DNA from: Glycera tridactyla
Lineage: Eukaryota
Length of the DNA: 64,000 bases
Direction of reading: 5' to 3'
Assembly: GCA_965644265.1 (NCBI GenBank)
Contig: OZ286467.1
Coordinates: 55,862,001-55,926,000 of the forward strand
In this document: positions 1-14,179 of the stretch, piece after piece
Position numbering within the stretch: position 1 is the first letter of the stretch
How the letters are laid out: each line of letters opens with the position of its first letter
Notes under the pieces: generated by a model
What the model was told of the DNA's origin: nothing
Databases searched by the model: none
What the model saw: the letters and a program-made list of their open reading frames with translations, nothing else
Translations under genes and position numbers: made by a program

Positions 1-14
1 CCCCGTCACACACA

Positions 15-155
15 CAGTCAAACCTGCTCAAGAGACCACCTCTCTACAAAGACCACCTACCTTTAAAGGCCACCTGAGCTGCGACTGTGATAATAATCTC
101 AACAGTAAATGACCTCTATGAAATCCACCTGTCTATAAAGGCCACTTTTTTGTGA
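15..155 (+). mobile_element. Tc1/mariner-type MITE (CAGTC-AACCTG / GACCACC family), right end not resolved
   Basis: Starts CAGTCAAACCTG with repeated GACCACC motifs; same family as 3727, 10708 and 45845. Confidence 0.6.
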
Positions 156-2847
156 CAGGCTTGCTGTCCCTTGGCCATATTGTGTACAGTCGGTGTCAAA
201 GTGGCGGCGGGGGTATTTTTAGTCACCTCTGTGACAAAGCTCTAGTTAGTGCTAATTTATGCTACAAGTTGCAAGTTTGACAGTTCTATGTTCATTCAGA
301 AAAGCGGTTCCTGCTTCAAACCATCCTTGCAAATGGATGCTATATATGGCCAATTCTCCGAAATTGGGGTCAGCTACCGAAAAACATATCTCATGTAAAT
401 TCAGCAGCTTTCACCCAGAATTTGAACATGGTGACTGATGTAATGTGATTCAAACAATAGGTGGTCCAATTTTGATAGGATTATCTCTAATTTTAGTGAA
501 GTTAGAGGCAATTTAATGGTCAATTTAGTGCTCGAAAGAATCAACAAGGTGATAAACAACCTCTGAAAAACGATTTGGCACTTAAAGGGTGACATTCCCA
601 TCAATGGATAACATACCTACGGTCAGAGTTTTAGCATGTTTACAAGCAACAGGTGCCATCTTGGATTGATCACTCCTTTAAATGTGATCCCCGTGCATTC
701 ATGACACTATATATTTTTCCGGTTCCGTTCATAATCTGCTTTATAGTTGATAAAAACGTGCATGGATGTCAATCACAAATTATAGTAACATGCAAACTTT
801 GCATAACATACATATATACTAGGTGATACTAAGCCAAGGGATCTCAGGATAAAGTTGACCTTGTTGGACGGTTGCTCGACATTTGGATGATCCATGCTTT
901 TTCATCCACTGATGGTCACAAATGATCACTGTGGTAAAGGAATATGGATGATGTGAGCATATGAATGTTATTTTGACATAATCTGCATGAGCTACAACCC
1001 AATATGTATGTTATCCTTGACTTTTTTTCTTGAGAGTGGTCATATAAAATCAGATAACTTTGGAAAGTTCTAATGTTTTCAAGCCTATTCAATGATATTA
1101 TGTAAATTTGGATTACTGTGAAAATAAATTTAGCTACTAGCTACTTCTGGTGGCAATTACTGAATGAAATTTACATGAGATAACTCGGGTGTAAAAAATT
1201 GGGGTCAGCAGTAACATACGTCACATAAAATAACATACATATAAGATGATGTTCATTACTTCCCAAATTTTCCAGAGAATGACAAAACCCTGTTCCCATC
1301 ATCTCATCAATATGTATTCAATTGGAATAATGAGTTTGGTACTTGTGCTTATTGTAATTGCTTAGAAAAAAATTAAACACAGCGCCTGAGGATTGAGGAC
1401 AGACATTGTATTTCTGGCTCAAATCCTTTTGAATGACTGACCTTGAGAAGGAAATAAGTAGTGTAGAATGACATCTTAGAACAAAGTTTATCGATTTATA
1501 ATGATAAATGTTAATTCAGAGCAATTTATGAGTGTTTTTGAAAGATTCTTAAAAAAAAAGTAACATACGCAACGGCTGACGACCCCCACTCATGAAAACA
1601 GTGATAATTATTTTTTGGCTCAGCAGATCTCCTCGTTTTTTTTGGTATAAAGACCCAACAAGTGGTGGAACTGTATGGCAATAATGGTTTATCACATGTG
1701 ATTGTTTGAAAAAGTGACCCTATCTGCCACTTTTTGGCCCCATATTGGGAAAATTGGCCATATATGTCTATCCAAAGCCAAGTTACTGCTTCTCAAAGTT
1801 GGGCTACATTCAGACCGGACATTTTATCCGATCATGATGAAACAGAAACGATTCTGTGCAAAATTTTGTTCTGAATAAGGCCACCGGATTTCATTTGAAT
1901 ACATGGGAAAGTGATAGAGTCATGTTTACATGATGACACAAGATGGTCGCATTGTTGCTGCCAGAAATGACCCGGAACCTCCATTTTCGACACTCGCTGT
2001 GAATACTGATCGGATCTCAGACTTGCATACATGTTCAGAAAGATAAAAAGTTGAATCTACTATTGGTATCCTCACATTCGGAATAGGTGCAAAATTAGGC
2101 ATGCGTCATATGCTGCGATTTCATGCTTTTACTATGGTGACAGATATGCGAGCCGAGTCGAGTGGCTATGTTGTATTCCCTACTTGGTATATCACAAAAT
2201 GAATCTACATGCCTCATCTGAGATGAATTAAATAACTTGACAACAAAGAAGATAGTCAGAGATGCTACACTACGATTCAGAAGTAGCATGTATTCTTATC
2301 AGACCAGAATTCTTGTACTTTATGAGTGATGATTCTCTGAAAAATCAAGATTTCTCTTGTTATTCCATTGGAACTACTGGCACTGCTACTCCTTGAAATT
2401 AGCACTGCTACAATATTTGCCCATCAGAGGCAGGCATCTATGGATAGTGATGGTTTTGCTTGAGTAATCAGTTGATTTTTCTGGAAGTGTACAGACATAT
2501 CAAGAGTTGTAGCAAGGGGAGCAGTGGGCCAATTGACACATCTATACCGGTCCACTTTGGCCCCCAGTTGTCATTTGGAGGGATTCCACATATTTTTGAC
2601 TGCACTAGCTGCATCCTTTTTCATTTCACTAAAGCTTCAATAGCAGATTGACCCATACCTTTTCAGCGAAAAGACCCCAGTTGGCCTCACATCTTGAAAC
2701 TCTGTTTTCGTCAAGCCACTTTTGCTGTACTTCATTCTATAGGTCAGCAGAAACAGATAGTCATGAGTTTGATGACAGATTCCTTTAGCTTCTAAATGAA
2801 ACACACACCCCTAGCTTCTTCATTATTATATTGATATATATTCAACT

Positions 2848-3007
2848 TTGAAACCTGCGACGAGAGACCACTTTAAATGTCACCAATAAGTGGTCTCTCA
2901 AAGGAGGTGGTCTCTCATCAAAGGTATGTTTGACTATGTCAAATAGAAATACTGGCCTGGAAAGGTGTTCTACCATAGGAGGTGGTCTCTTGTCGCAGGT
3001 TTCACTG
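2848..3007. mobile_element. Tc1/mariner-type MITE (GAAACCTGCGAC-AGAGACC family)
   Basis: Inverted ends GAAACCTGCGACGAGAGACC / GGTCTCTTGTCGCAGGTTTCACTG followed by TA; related pieces near 7430, 9895-10020 and 27315. Confidence 0.7.
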
Positions 3008-3242
3008 TATAGTGAGAGTACTGGTATTCGTCAAACACAATTGTCTTAATCCCATTCATTCTTCACTGTAGTTGATGTGACTTGACATTTGGCCATGTGC
3101 CAAATAGTCCAGTGGCTTACATTCTTGAGTGTCTAGTGAAATGAGATTATCTGGCTTTATTGATCAGGTGCATGCACTTTGTGTGGCAATTCTGCATTTA
3201 AAACACATAATTTTGCACAGGAAGGTTTTAAGCCATTAAGTA

Positions 3243-3420
3243 CAGTCAAACTTGTCCTGAGCAAGACTTGTACTAAGCAAGAACTCGTCTTAAGCAACAT
3301 GATTCTGTTCATCCCACCAGAGTATTTTTCACTATATTTGACCTGTACTAAGCATGAACTTGCTCTAAGCACAGACATTCTTCATGTCCCGTGGCTTCTT
3401 GCTTAGGACAAGTTTGACTG
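3243..3420. mobile_element. Tc1/mariner-type MITE
   Basis: TIRs CAGTCAAACTTGTCCTGAGCAAG / CTTGCTTAGGACAAGTTTGACTG; TA on the left, TG on the right. Confidence 0.8.
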
Positions 3421-3726
3421 TGCTTTAATAAGCCCCTGGAGACAGTTGGGTTATGATAATCTAACCCTGATAAATTGATTGCTTGAAAACAGGAGCGCAG
3501 GCTGTTCCTTGGCTGTCTTCAGCTCCGAGATTTTCAGACAGCAGCTTTGCGATGAGCATTGCATTTCTTATGGCCACCGCCGGGAAGGCCTGTGGATGAA
3601 TAGGTGAGCTCCAACACTCATTTGTGAGATGGTAGTTGCGTTGCACTGCGCAGCCAGGGGCTAATCTCCTCCCCACTTGTAACCTGGAAATAATAAGCTT
3701 TCCTGTCTTACTAAATTATTCAATCA

Positions 3727-4103
3727 CAGTCAGACCTGCTTGAGAGACCACCTACTTATAAAGACCACCCGCAGGACATTGCTAGCTGTGGGTAGCCAAT
3801 GGCTACCAAATTTACCCTCTGGCTGCCATATTTTAAAAGTTAGGAGCCAGCTGCCCCTAAAATTTTGAGAGTTTGTAATCGGCAATGTATTAACTAGCTA
3901 CCAAAATTTTGCTCTGGCTACCAAAAATTTCAACTTAGGAGCCAGCCGACTCCTAAATATTTTGGCCAATGTAGAGCCCTGCACCCTGAGCTGCAAACAC
4001 TATGGTATTTTCAACAGTAAATTAGCTCTCTGTAAAGTCCACCTGCCAATAAAGGCCACTTTTTGATGTGGCCAAATGTGGCCTTTATACACAGATTTGA
4101 CTG
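3727..4103 (+). mobile_element. Tc1/mariner-type MITE interrupted by a hAT MITE
   Basis: CAGTCAGACCTG ... CAGATTTGACTG+TA; the internal sequence resumes on both sides of the 3772-3981 insert. Confidence 0.75.
3772..3981. mobile_element. hAT-type MITE with ~6-bp TSD
   Basis: Ends CAGGACATTG / CAATGTAGAGCCCTG; internal GGCTACCAAAA repeats; flanks CACCCG / CACCCT, where the uninterrupted family sequence has a single CACCCT (10747). Confidence 0.7.
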
Positions 4104-4848
4104 TAATTCTAATGATGCATTCTTGGCTGCATCCTGCTTCTTCCATGCATACTAAATGGCTGAGGATAAGTCACTAATGAGTCCCAGGGATGCAGTGTCC
4201 AATCTAGAAAATGACTACAAGGGGGAAAATGCCCCACTCTCTGAAAAAGGGGGCATTTTGTGGGAAAAATAGGGGTGATTTGAAGGCCAGGGGGATTTTT
4301 TCAGGCGATGCCATGATCTTTCATATAAATGAAAAAAAAGCTTGGTAGTGTGGCCAGATGAAAATGACTACCCAGTTCTAGCACATGGCATACATGATCC
4401 TCCGTCCTGATACTTGATGTAAAACTCATAGCAATCAGTCAATCAATCAAGTAATGAATCAATCGGTTGTGATGACTAGATCTATCGACTGATGAAATAT
4501 ATTCCGCAGACAAAATGAGCTTGACTACCAGCTCGTACACATAAATAACCCCCTATTCCCTGTAGATCCTTCCTAACCACCCCCTCACTGAGATTGCTTA
4601 GTACTGGGGCTTCCCTTTCAGCACCTCCACCACAGGCTTTTGCTGAATGTATTCAACAAAGATTGGCACCAAGATAGGCACAAAAAATTATGCATTTCTC
4701 AGTGACTCTCTTTTTGTTGCCTCTCATACTGCAAGCTGTAGTGGATAAAAAACAGTGAGGCTTCACACCCTACCATCGTCATCTCAGTTTCATGGGCTTC
4801 CAAATGTACCTGTATCTTGGTTGTTGGGAGAGTGGTGATCTCCTTTGA

Positions 4849-5092
4849 CTGGGAATTCAGGGATGTGCAGAGAAAAAAAAACCTGATGTGTCAAATGACC
4901 CAATGACACAAAATGCAGTGGGTCATTTTGGATTTGAATGGGCCATTCCCTGGTGCGGCACTCTGCACGTCCCTGCGTTCATTGTTCAGAGTGGGTCATT
5001 GGCTCATTGCATCATGTCTCAGTGGGCCAATTCAAATTTGAATGTGGCAAATGGTGCAGGGCCCACCCCTCCGCACATCCCTGGAATTCCTG
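4849..5092. mobile_element. MITE, probably hAT-type
   Basis: Inverted ends CTGGGAATTCAGGGATGTGC / GCACATCCCTGGAATTCCTG; no TSD recognised. Confidence 0.55.
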
Positions 5093-5519
5093 CCAATTCA
5101 TACAGGCCATCTCTGGCATGTCACTGGTCCTTCTCTAGACTAACATTCATAGTATACATTGATAACTATTGTACTTCTGGGCCTGAAGCTTTGTAGAACA
5201 GTCCAAGCAACACCAAGCATAATCTTGTATATAGTACTATAGACATTCATCCTTTCGCTATTGTTCTGCTTGCTCTGTTACATTCACTTGCAATGATTTG
5301 CCGAAATCTTTGGCCAGTGAATCCTACAGGAACACCTTTTTAGAAACGACCTCATTGTACATAGATATGTATTTGATCAGTCAGCGTATGCCTTGACAGA
5401 ATTAAGTTCACCACAATAAGCTGTGTGTTTGATATAAGCAGCAGTAGGACAAATCTTAAACAAAAACACATGGCTGACTGACTTCAATCAAGATAGTAGA
5501 ATCACACAAATGTTCTATT

Positions 5520-5743
5520 CAGGGTTGTATCCAGAGGGGGCATGAGGGCATTTCACACGTTATATGACAGTGGGCCCTTTTCAGGGCAATCAGGAGCCAC
5601 AATGCCCCCTAAATCCACCTAGAGGCTGCACTGTCTGATATCAAGTGAATCCATTTGGGGACATTTTGTGAAGAAATGCCCCCTTCACTTGAATTCAAGG
5701 GGGGCAAATGCCCCCAATTTTAGAAATCCTGGATGCAACCCTG
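5520..5743. mobile_element. hAT-type MITE
   Basis: TIRs CAGGGTTGTATCCAG / CTGGATGCAACCCTG; second copy at 20521-20709; TSD not recognisable. Confidence 0.75.
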
Positions 5744-6682
5744 GTGTATGATTTATGAATCAATGATCAGTCCTGAAATCGTCGCCACTTCTAAATGATG
5801 ATATTGTTGTTGGATGATTGGATACATTCAATGATGCAGTGAAACCTGAAATGAGGGAAAACCATGAATGCACCGTAAAGTGGTCTCATCAGCCTTCAAT
5901 TCAAGCGTTAAATAGGAAAGCTGTGCGAAAAAAGTGCTTTCCCAACAGCGGTGGTACTCCACATACCCTTCCACTTTTGATTACCCTCAATCCATATTGG
6001 ACCCCCTCCCTGGTTCAAAGTAAATATCTAGTGCATGTGGGCATTGCATATAAATTAAGCTTTTTTTTCTGTTTGTAGGTGATAATTTACCCATTGGCGG
6101 AGGTCAACAAATATGTCTACATGGGATAATGAACTGGATAGTACTGTTACATGTTGTTCTATGGTTCTCCTTGAGTACGGCTAACATGAATTACCATCTT
6201 CCGTCCTGAGTAAAATGCTGGAATCATCTCCGGATATAATAATCAGAATCATTCAAGTAATCTGTTCTTCAAGAAATAACATCCCCAGAATGGAATCGTG
6301 GATACACCCAAAGTGAACTCTCAACTCTTCAGGATAACATGTATTAGACCTAATATTACTAAGAACTGAATTTTGGATGCCTATTCCATATTTTGTTTCA
6401 TGGAACTAACACTCGTTATGGTAGGAGCCTGTGGAGTCGCTGTCTGTGAATCCTAATTCTGTGAAATATTGCCTACTTCTAACAGCATTAATGAAGATCT
6501 CATCGGAGTATGACTACTATACAGTATTGCTGGGGCTGGCTACATTGTCCTCACTGTGAGTATGGGATCAAGAAGTAAAGTAGTCTGTATCTACATTTGT
6601 CAACAAAGTTGGATGATATCTCAATATATGAATCCACTTATGCATAGAACTACACAGACCTCAGTATCCTCAATGGGGGCTA

Positions 6683-6901
6683 CAGAGTATCAGATTTCTG
6701 GTGGGTCCAGGGCCCGTGGCCCACATTTTTGCCTTTTTGGCCCTTTGATATGACCTATAATGGGTCCACTGGCCCAGCTTTTTTGTCGCTTTGAACCATT
6801 GATGAATGGTGGGTGACCCACCATTTCGAGTTATGGCCCATGGTATTTCTAATTCATGGGCCATAAGGGCCCACTGACCTGTCAGAAAATCTAGAGCCCT
6901 T
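6683..6901. mobile_element. hAT-type MITE with 6-bp TSD GGGCTA
   Basis: Ends CAGAGTATCAGATTTCTG / CAGAAAATCTAGAGCCCT; GGGCTA at 6677-6682 and 6902-6907; GGCCCA subterminal repeats. Confidence 0.75.
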
Positions 6902-9900
6902 GGGCTAATTCAGATGTGATATATCCAGGAATAATTATGTATGTCAGTGATGCATTTTCGGGCGCATCCTACGTATTTCATGCACTTTAAATGAAGAAGG
7001 ACTCATCAACAAAGTCACTGATGAGTCCCTGGGATGCAAGAGGAAAATGACACTTCCATTAATTTCTGTGAGCTGGGATGATGAAACTGATGTATATAAT
7101 GACAAACATTAATTTCTGTACAAGTGTTTGTGAATGGAATGGGTATCTGACATGAAAATAATTTCTGGCACTTATCCATTTAAAGACTCACATGATGCAT
7201 CATGGGACCCACTCCAGACAGTCAGTTGGGGTCCCTGGGATGCATCATCATTTTGTTGAAAATGCATCACTGTATGTTAAGATTCACTGTACAGTTCTGT
7301 GCACACTACCAGACTGGTTAGATCATTTAGTACTCCCAGCTGGTAGATGTTCAGAATTGTTGAGAAATGAAGTCGGTGGAGCTGCAAATACTTGAAATGT
7401 ACATAGTCTGCCATATTACTTCATTCAAACCTGTGACAAGAGATCACCGGAAGTGTCACCAAAAAAGTGGTCTCTCATCAGAAGTTTATTTGACTATTTC
7501 ATTGCTTCACTAATTGACTGGTAATGTCTGTCTATGATATACAGGGTTCATACAAGGTAATCCGTTGTTTGCCTTGAGGAAGTATGGACTTTTGTGATCT
7601 GACCAGATATCTTGGAAAAAGAATGGAATTACGTCACAATAACAATGATCCATCAGCTGCTGGGGTTATTTCATCGGGGGATTTGCCCAAAATACTTCAG
7701 ATAGGCATATATACCTTTGAGCATGACATGCAGGTATTCATTTATATAAATTTATAGAAATCCCGAGAATGCCGGCATGTGAATCAAGTAATCTCGGCGT
7801 ATAATTGTGATCATGAAAGTTGTTTGCAAAAAATGGAGTCATTGCGATGAATAAGTAGAAAATGGTATGGAATGTTACAACTTTGATGAAGCGTTTCTCG
7901 GATCAGTGTCCAAGTTCATTGTTCAGTTCATTCAAATAATTGCTCTTGACTGTAATTTTTTCTCAGAGACTAATTCTCCATTGGAGTGATGTGGCCAAAT
8001 TCGAAGATGTGCCTGACTGCCATCCGTCCAATCAGACATTTCATTGAAATTATTGAGTTTTTGCAGAAATTAAATCACTGTCACGATTCAATCTATCATA
8101 TGTGATATTATCCCATGAGGTGCCTTCAACCCTATGCCTTCACAACTGCTGATTATTTCGATGGCGGTTTTTACATCAAGCCCAATTATGCACTTTTTCA
8201 ATTTTCTACATCTGTCTTTTATAAACTTGTTTTAACTGCCATCACAGTTTACTTCCATCAAACTGCCCTCGTGACATACCTTGAATACAGGTATCTCAAC
8301 AGAGTATAATCATGTACGGAATCGTTCACCCTGGTAACCTGCATAATGCTTGAAATTAATATAGAAATATGTACTTATGCATCTTCATATTAGTGAAAAA
8401 AATTGTAATATTGTTAACTTTGCTTATATTTATACTTGAATTCAAATGGTAGCATTTATACTGTAGTGCCTTATGAGGAATATTGTATGTACATATATTT
8501 ATCTTATGAAACGTTGATTTTTGCTGACATATACCATTGTATATGTGAGTCAAAGATGTGATCGATATTGCATGATCGTGTTGATGACTAGCACTGTGAT
8601 CATGGTTGCGTATGGAAAACGGGATAACTGGTGGTTTCAGATCAATCACCTAAAGTGATTCATTCATTTCAGATGGCAGAAAGTATTCAATGAAGTGGTC
8701 ATTATCAAACCGAGATGCCGTGCATCACAATTTTGGAGTGGTGATCCTCTTATTTGATCATTGGAAATACTGCCATCATTACTCTTAAAAATTGACATCA
8801 TTGCTAAATTTGATTATCAAAGGTTGGCATCGCTGATGAAACAGATATCCTTTCACCATGGAAGGATTGATGTGATAAGTGTTACTATGTTGCAGGGATA
8901 TCCTTACACTGTGCACTGTGCTAAATGGCACATAAAGCAGTGAAACGGCACATTAAGCCATACATTTTGTGCCCAAAAGGCGCATGGAATTTTCCATACT
9001 TCGATATGATCACATGGGTTGGGGCACACACAAATCTGAAATGGCACATGGAATCTGCCTCTATGTGCCCAGAGGACCCATACGTATTCCCAAGTAAGGA
9101 AATCTCTGATGTTGTACAAAAGTTGTTGAAATTCAGAACAATTGGGCCTTGTTTTCTGCCTTTTTTGGGCCTGATGATGGATTGTATGGCCGTTATCATT
9201 AGGTCGGGAAAGGCAAACTTGAATAGGCTCATGGCTGAATCTTGGCTCGTCGTTTGACATAAGATAGATTTAAGCTCATGTGCCTTCAAATTTCATCCGT
9301 CCTCCATCAAATTATTGTCCAGTTATAATCTAAGGAGTTTTGGTACTATTCACCTGATATTTGGCTGGCTATGATCATGAGAAGATGTCTTGGGTCATGT
9401 CTGAAGTTGTGTGAGTGTATGTGCATGTGTGATTGTGTGTGTATGTCCAGCAATTTGAATGTCATCCTCTGAAATGTACTATGTGAGGCTTTCCGATGGC
9501 TTGATTTTGACTATATTCTAGTTCCTCTGCCATTTGCTGCTGTACAAAATCCAAAAAATTATTACTGTGGTTTGAGCCCCCCCCCCCCCCCCCTCATGTA
9601 CAATATGATGGGGTTTGGGGAAATTATGATTGAATGGGAAACAACCCAAACCTTGGTATGATATTGTTCTTGTGATTCAATATCTATCCAAAGTAAAAGG
9701 GCCAAATTCGGGCTCTTTTCTGCATTATCTAGATGATGCGGGAAAGAGCCTGAATTTGACCCTTTCACTTTGAATTTTCTTGCCACCGAGTTGCAGTCAC
9801 AAGAAATTCTGATAATCACATTTTAGATAAAGATCAATTGCATCCTGTCACTATGATTAACATGGTTTTCATTGTGAGGATCTCCACATGCTGTGAAACC

Positions 9901-10707
9901 TGTGAGAAGAGACTTTTATAACTGATAACAAAGATAGTGTCTCAAATGAGGTGGCCTCTCATCAGAGGTTTGGATGTAACAGGTGATTTCTCATTTGGGT
10001 TTTCTTGTCACAGCTTTCATTGAGTGGGTGAGATGCCAATTAGCCTAATAGCCTTGGCTACCGGCTCCATGAATTAGATATAGAAATCCACTCAGGATTT
10101 GCAAATCTTCAGGTGACAAATTTCAGGAGCATTCTTCTTCCTGGTTCAGTCATCAGAAATATGAATTAGAAGAATGCTTCTTGAGTCACAAACCTAAACA
10201 AATATGCTTAGAATGCATAATCCATAGAAGTAGAAGATTCAATTATGCCCATCTAGATAATAGTCTCAAATGTATTTTTGAATTAATTAGCCTTTGGCCA
10301 TGTATGCTGGATTATATTTTGTACCAACTTTAACAATATATGACCACTGCATGAATTGGGAAACTCCCATGATCCTATTAGCAGTACTCATGAGGAAGTG
10401 TTCCACGATGACTGTATGGAAGTGTATAAGGAAGTGGGACCAGGTGATGTAGGGAAGGTAATTTTAACCTCCACACAACCATGGCAGATTTCCAAGACGT
10501 ATGAGAGAGTTGAGCTCAGGTTTCTGATACTGTAGAACCTGCTATGCTAGACCCTTAATAAGGGATCACCTGTCTTCTGAAACCATCTTCTATGATCGCT
10601 TTGTTTATTTGACATAGTCAAATACACCTTCAGTGAGGGACTACCTCATATGTACAACCAGTTTTTGTTGGCATTTAGGTTGATCTCTCAACACAGTTTT
10701 CACTGTA

Positions 10708-10853
10708 CAGTCGAACATCCTCTAAAGACAACCTCCCTATGAAGACCACCCTCAGCTGCGACGGTGGTAGTATTTTCAATAGTAAATGACCTCTGTATAG
10801 AGACCACCTCCCTTGATGCGACCCAAGGTGGTCTTTATAGAGAGGTTCGACTG
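10708..10853 (+). mobile_element. Tc1/mariner-type MITE with TA TSD
   Basis: TA-CAGTCGAAC ... GTTCGACTG-TA; abuts another decayed MITE (about 10530-10705) across the shared TA. Confidence 0.85.
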
Positions 10854-13489
10854 TATCTTGTTAAATTATTACTTCTTTGTCACTACACTCAACACATAAT
10901 TCTGACCCTAACTGTAATCTTGACTGCCACCCTGTGGCCTGTCATTTTCTGTGACCAGTCATCCCTCGACCACTAAGTAAGCTGATGTAAGAAAAAGAAA
11001 TGTCCAAGTTCAAGTGACGGAGACATTTTCTAACTTTGTAAAACTTATCCTAATTAGTTCTGTATGGTTGCCTGCCATCATGTATTCAGGGGAGGGTTGC
11101 ACTGTGTGTCTAAGTTCAGCCTAACTGCCAGTAACATGTGATATTATGTAATATTTTCTGTAATTCATCAATGATTTGTACATGATGTCAATGTACTGTA
11201 TATTTAACACTTTGTACATAAATTACAGTCACCTTTACACTGGGAGCTGCACCATTTATATATGAAGCACTTGATGGTTCAATCTATCATTCTAATTGGG
11301 GGTAGGCTGTTGATCATATAATAAATTTATGGATTCTAGTTGTTTACCAGAAGGCTTTCATCATCATTGACATCACATAAGTTACTCTGCTCTATGCTAG
11401 GTATTGGCTCATCTCTTCTACATAGTTCTACAGTAATTTTCTCTTCAGATGTCCTGGTGAAGTTAGAATGTCACATGCACTTTCCTACGATTCAACCTGC
11501 CTTCTGCGTATGATCAGGGACATAATACATCTTGCGACTGTGTTATTCTTTTTGTGCATCCGTCCAATATCGTTCGATATTTTTCAGTAATCGTAGGCAT
11601 AAAAGCACGAATGTAGACTTGCTCAGATTGAATTATCGGAGATGGGGGGGAGGAGGGTGCGAAGACCGTGAACGGGGTCATTGCGCCTCGAAACTCGCGA
11701 GTGGATAACGACTTGCTTGGCAACGAAGACTGACTGACAGAGGCCAGGATTCGTCAGCGTGGTCATCACAGATGACCCAAGCAAAGCGTGTAGAATTGCT
11801 CACTCGCGAGTTTTGATGTCCACTTCGCTTTTCGCTTGATACAGGTTGGTGGGCTCCGCAGCACCGAAAATGGCGTTCCGCTTTTTTTTTGTGTTAAAAA
11901 GGTTTCCGCTTAATACAGGTCAGTTATAGTGAAACAACGTTCGGGCGGACCATGGGTATGCACTTAAGACAGGATTCCGCCTAGCGCGGGACTACACTCA
12001 ACCAGGTTTTACTGTAATTAGGGTTTACATTGTTGCCCTAACATCAGCACTAACTATATGTTTTTGACTTTCAATCAATCAATCAATCAATTGATCGATT
12101 CCATTACATAATCCTTGAATAATTGTGGACTTTGATTTAGGCTGAGCAGTAAGAACCCTGTTATTTGCCATGGTATCAAATGTGCAGCTGAGCCAAAGTT
12201 TGGCTTGATGAATTTTTTTATCAACTCATGTTTTGCAATGAAGCCTGCCAATTTTTGAAAAATCTATGTGTCATTATATTCATAGTTGAATATTCTCATG
12301 TTTTGATCTAATATATTCCTATACAGCTGAAAGTTATGAGGACAATTTTGCCAGTAATTCATACTACAGTACCTTGTACTTTCCTTGGTGTGATGTTCCC
12401 TTGTGTTAGCCTTGCGTTTGTGCCTATTGTTTCCTCTTCTCAAATACCATTGAACAATAAGTTCTCCCTATCATATCATGTTTAGCAATCAAGCCTGCCA
12501 ATTTTTGAAAATCCATTTGTCATGATATAATTGTTGGATATTCCAATGTTTTCACAAAACAGTTGCGTTGAAGAACTCGTGTGAATTCACATGACATCAT
12601 TGTGCCTACTGTGACCATCAGTGTTGATGTTTATAGCCTTGCCTAATGGTAATGGCTGTTGGTGGGTGCCTGACTGGTGATTTCGATCCTTGATCCAAAC
12701 TACAGCAGGAATATGTAGAGTCCTCATGTGTTCCTCATTTAAATCAGGATTACCCCGTCTGCACTTGGATGGATGTTTGAACTGTCACTGTGTTTTGTAC
12801 GGGGTCATATTCAAACACGTCATTCTGATGCATGTAAACGATGACCTTGCCCTGTGTAGTTGCTAAGGTCACATTTGATGCTTGTGACCTGTATGTGACC
12901 TTGTGTAGACGCATACCAACACAAATGTAATGTGTCCCAGATCAACTCCATTCTCCCCGCTGAACTCAGATATTCAAATCAAGAAACTCATTATACCCTG
13001 CTTTGTTTCTCTTTGAGTCAAATGCTCTGAATTGAATGATCAATAAAAATACATGAGTTAGACGAAAAGCTGAAGTTGTATACTAGTATGGACTAGTGTA
13101 GGGTTATCATGACGCTTAGTGAATTTCCCATACCAATCTCATAGAATTGAATTTTTGCCACTCATCAATCAGGGACATTGACTTGTCTTCATACAATAGT
13201 CACTGAGTGTGATTTTCATGTGACTTTCGTTCAATTGGATTATGCTTGATTCATCATACCATCGCCAGTATATTTCTTCGGTTTCAATGATTTGAGGAAC
13301 GATCTCTCCCTAGCCTCCCCATCAATTTTCAGACTGAACTTTCCAAGCTATTTATCTGAGCGAATTCCAGTTCATAATTGAATAACTGAATCTTCCACCC
13401 ACTGGCTATTGTACGGCATCTAGTCTTAGACTAAACAAGGTATGATTTCTGCCACTGTCACATCATATGCGGTAGTGGCTGCTTGTCCA

Positions 13490-13652
13490 TGAGATGCAAG
13501 GGAAGGTGTGAATTCCATAAATTTCCACCTTCCATTGGGTACCTGGATGGAGGAGTCTCGAACGATCCCATCATTGCCTATTGCATGGGCATCACAATAT
13601 AGCAAAAATAGACCTGATGTGACGTTAAACCAGAACCAACCCACCAACCAAC
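13490..13652 (+). mobile_element. SINE-like family A copy
   Basis: GTGAATT-CATAAATTT-CACC, GGAGGAGTCT, GCATGGGCATCACAATATAGC, GTGACGTTAAACC plus CAAC tail. Confidence 0.8.
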
Positions 13653-13970
13653 TTGTCCATGAGATATGACATCCCCAAACCAGCCATATGAAACTCACAT
13701 TGACTATATCTTTACAAAAAGGCCATATTTTCAAAATTCTCAGTGAATGATTAAATCCGCTTATACTGTGATTTTGGGAGAGGGCAATATCTGTATGACT
13801 GTTGAACATATGAATACATGTACATGTGTATACTTATTTGTACTGAATATTGATACCTGTTCTTGATTGTTCAGTTGATCCTATACAACCAGTTTCCAGT
13901 TCCTGACCTCCTTTGTGTATTAGCTCAAAACTAGTGAAAATGGACATTAACACCCCTGACAGAGGGCATC

Positions 13971-14179
13971 TAGAATTCCAGATTGTTGTTGGGCCCAGGA
14001 TCACAGCTCACATATTCGGGCCATCAAAGTCACCTGTCACGAATTCACTAGCCCAGTTTTTTGCTCATATCAACCTCTGATGAGTAGGAGATGGCCCATG
14101 ATTTTAATTTATGGCCCATGGTATTTCTAGTTTACGGGTCATTTGGCCCCACTGATCTATCAGAAAATCTGCAGCTCTG
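13971..14179. mobile_element. hAT-type MITE with 6-bp TSD GGCATC (same family as 6683)
   Basis: Right TIR CAGAAAATCTGCAGCTCTG, decayed left TIR; GGCATC at 13965-13970 and 14180-14185. Confidence 0.7.

Noticed and set aside
320-1795. Inverted similarity between about 325-375 and 1735-1795
   Set aside because: Could be subterminal repeats of an old DNA element, but termini and TSD could not be defined.
6945-7050. CTGATGAGTCC...GAAA resembling a hammerhead ribozyme
   Set aside because: No stem III or cleavage triplet. TGATGAGTCC is half of a DNA inverted repeat (GGACTCATCA 10 nt upstream), and related copies at ~4110-4200 and ~7190-7250 look like a small palindromic MITE.
8115-8309. ORF track entry labelled minus strand (MRCLQPYAF...)
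   Set aside because: The listed peptide reads on the + strand (ATG at 8115, TAA at 8307-8309), so the strand label appears wrong. I recognised no protein family in it and did not call it a gene.
8925-9257. Weak resemblance of FRTIGPCF..MMDCMAVII to a TRP-channel segment
   Set aside because: Too short, no supporting neighbouring exons; could be chance.
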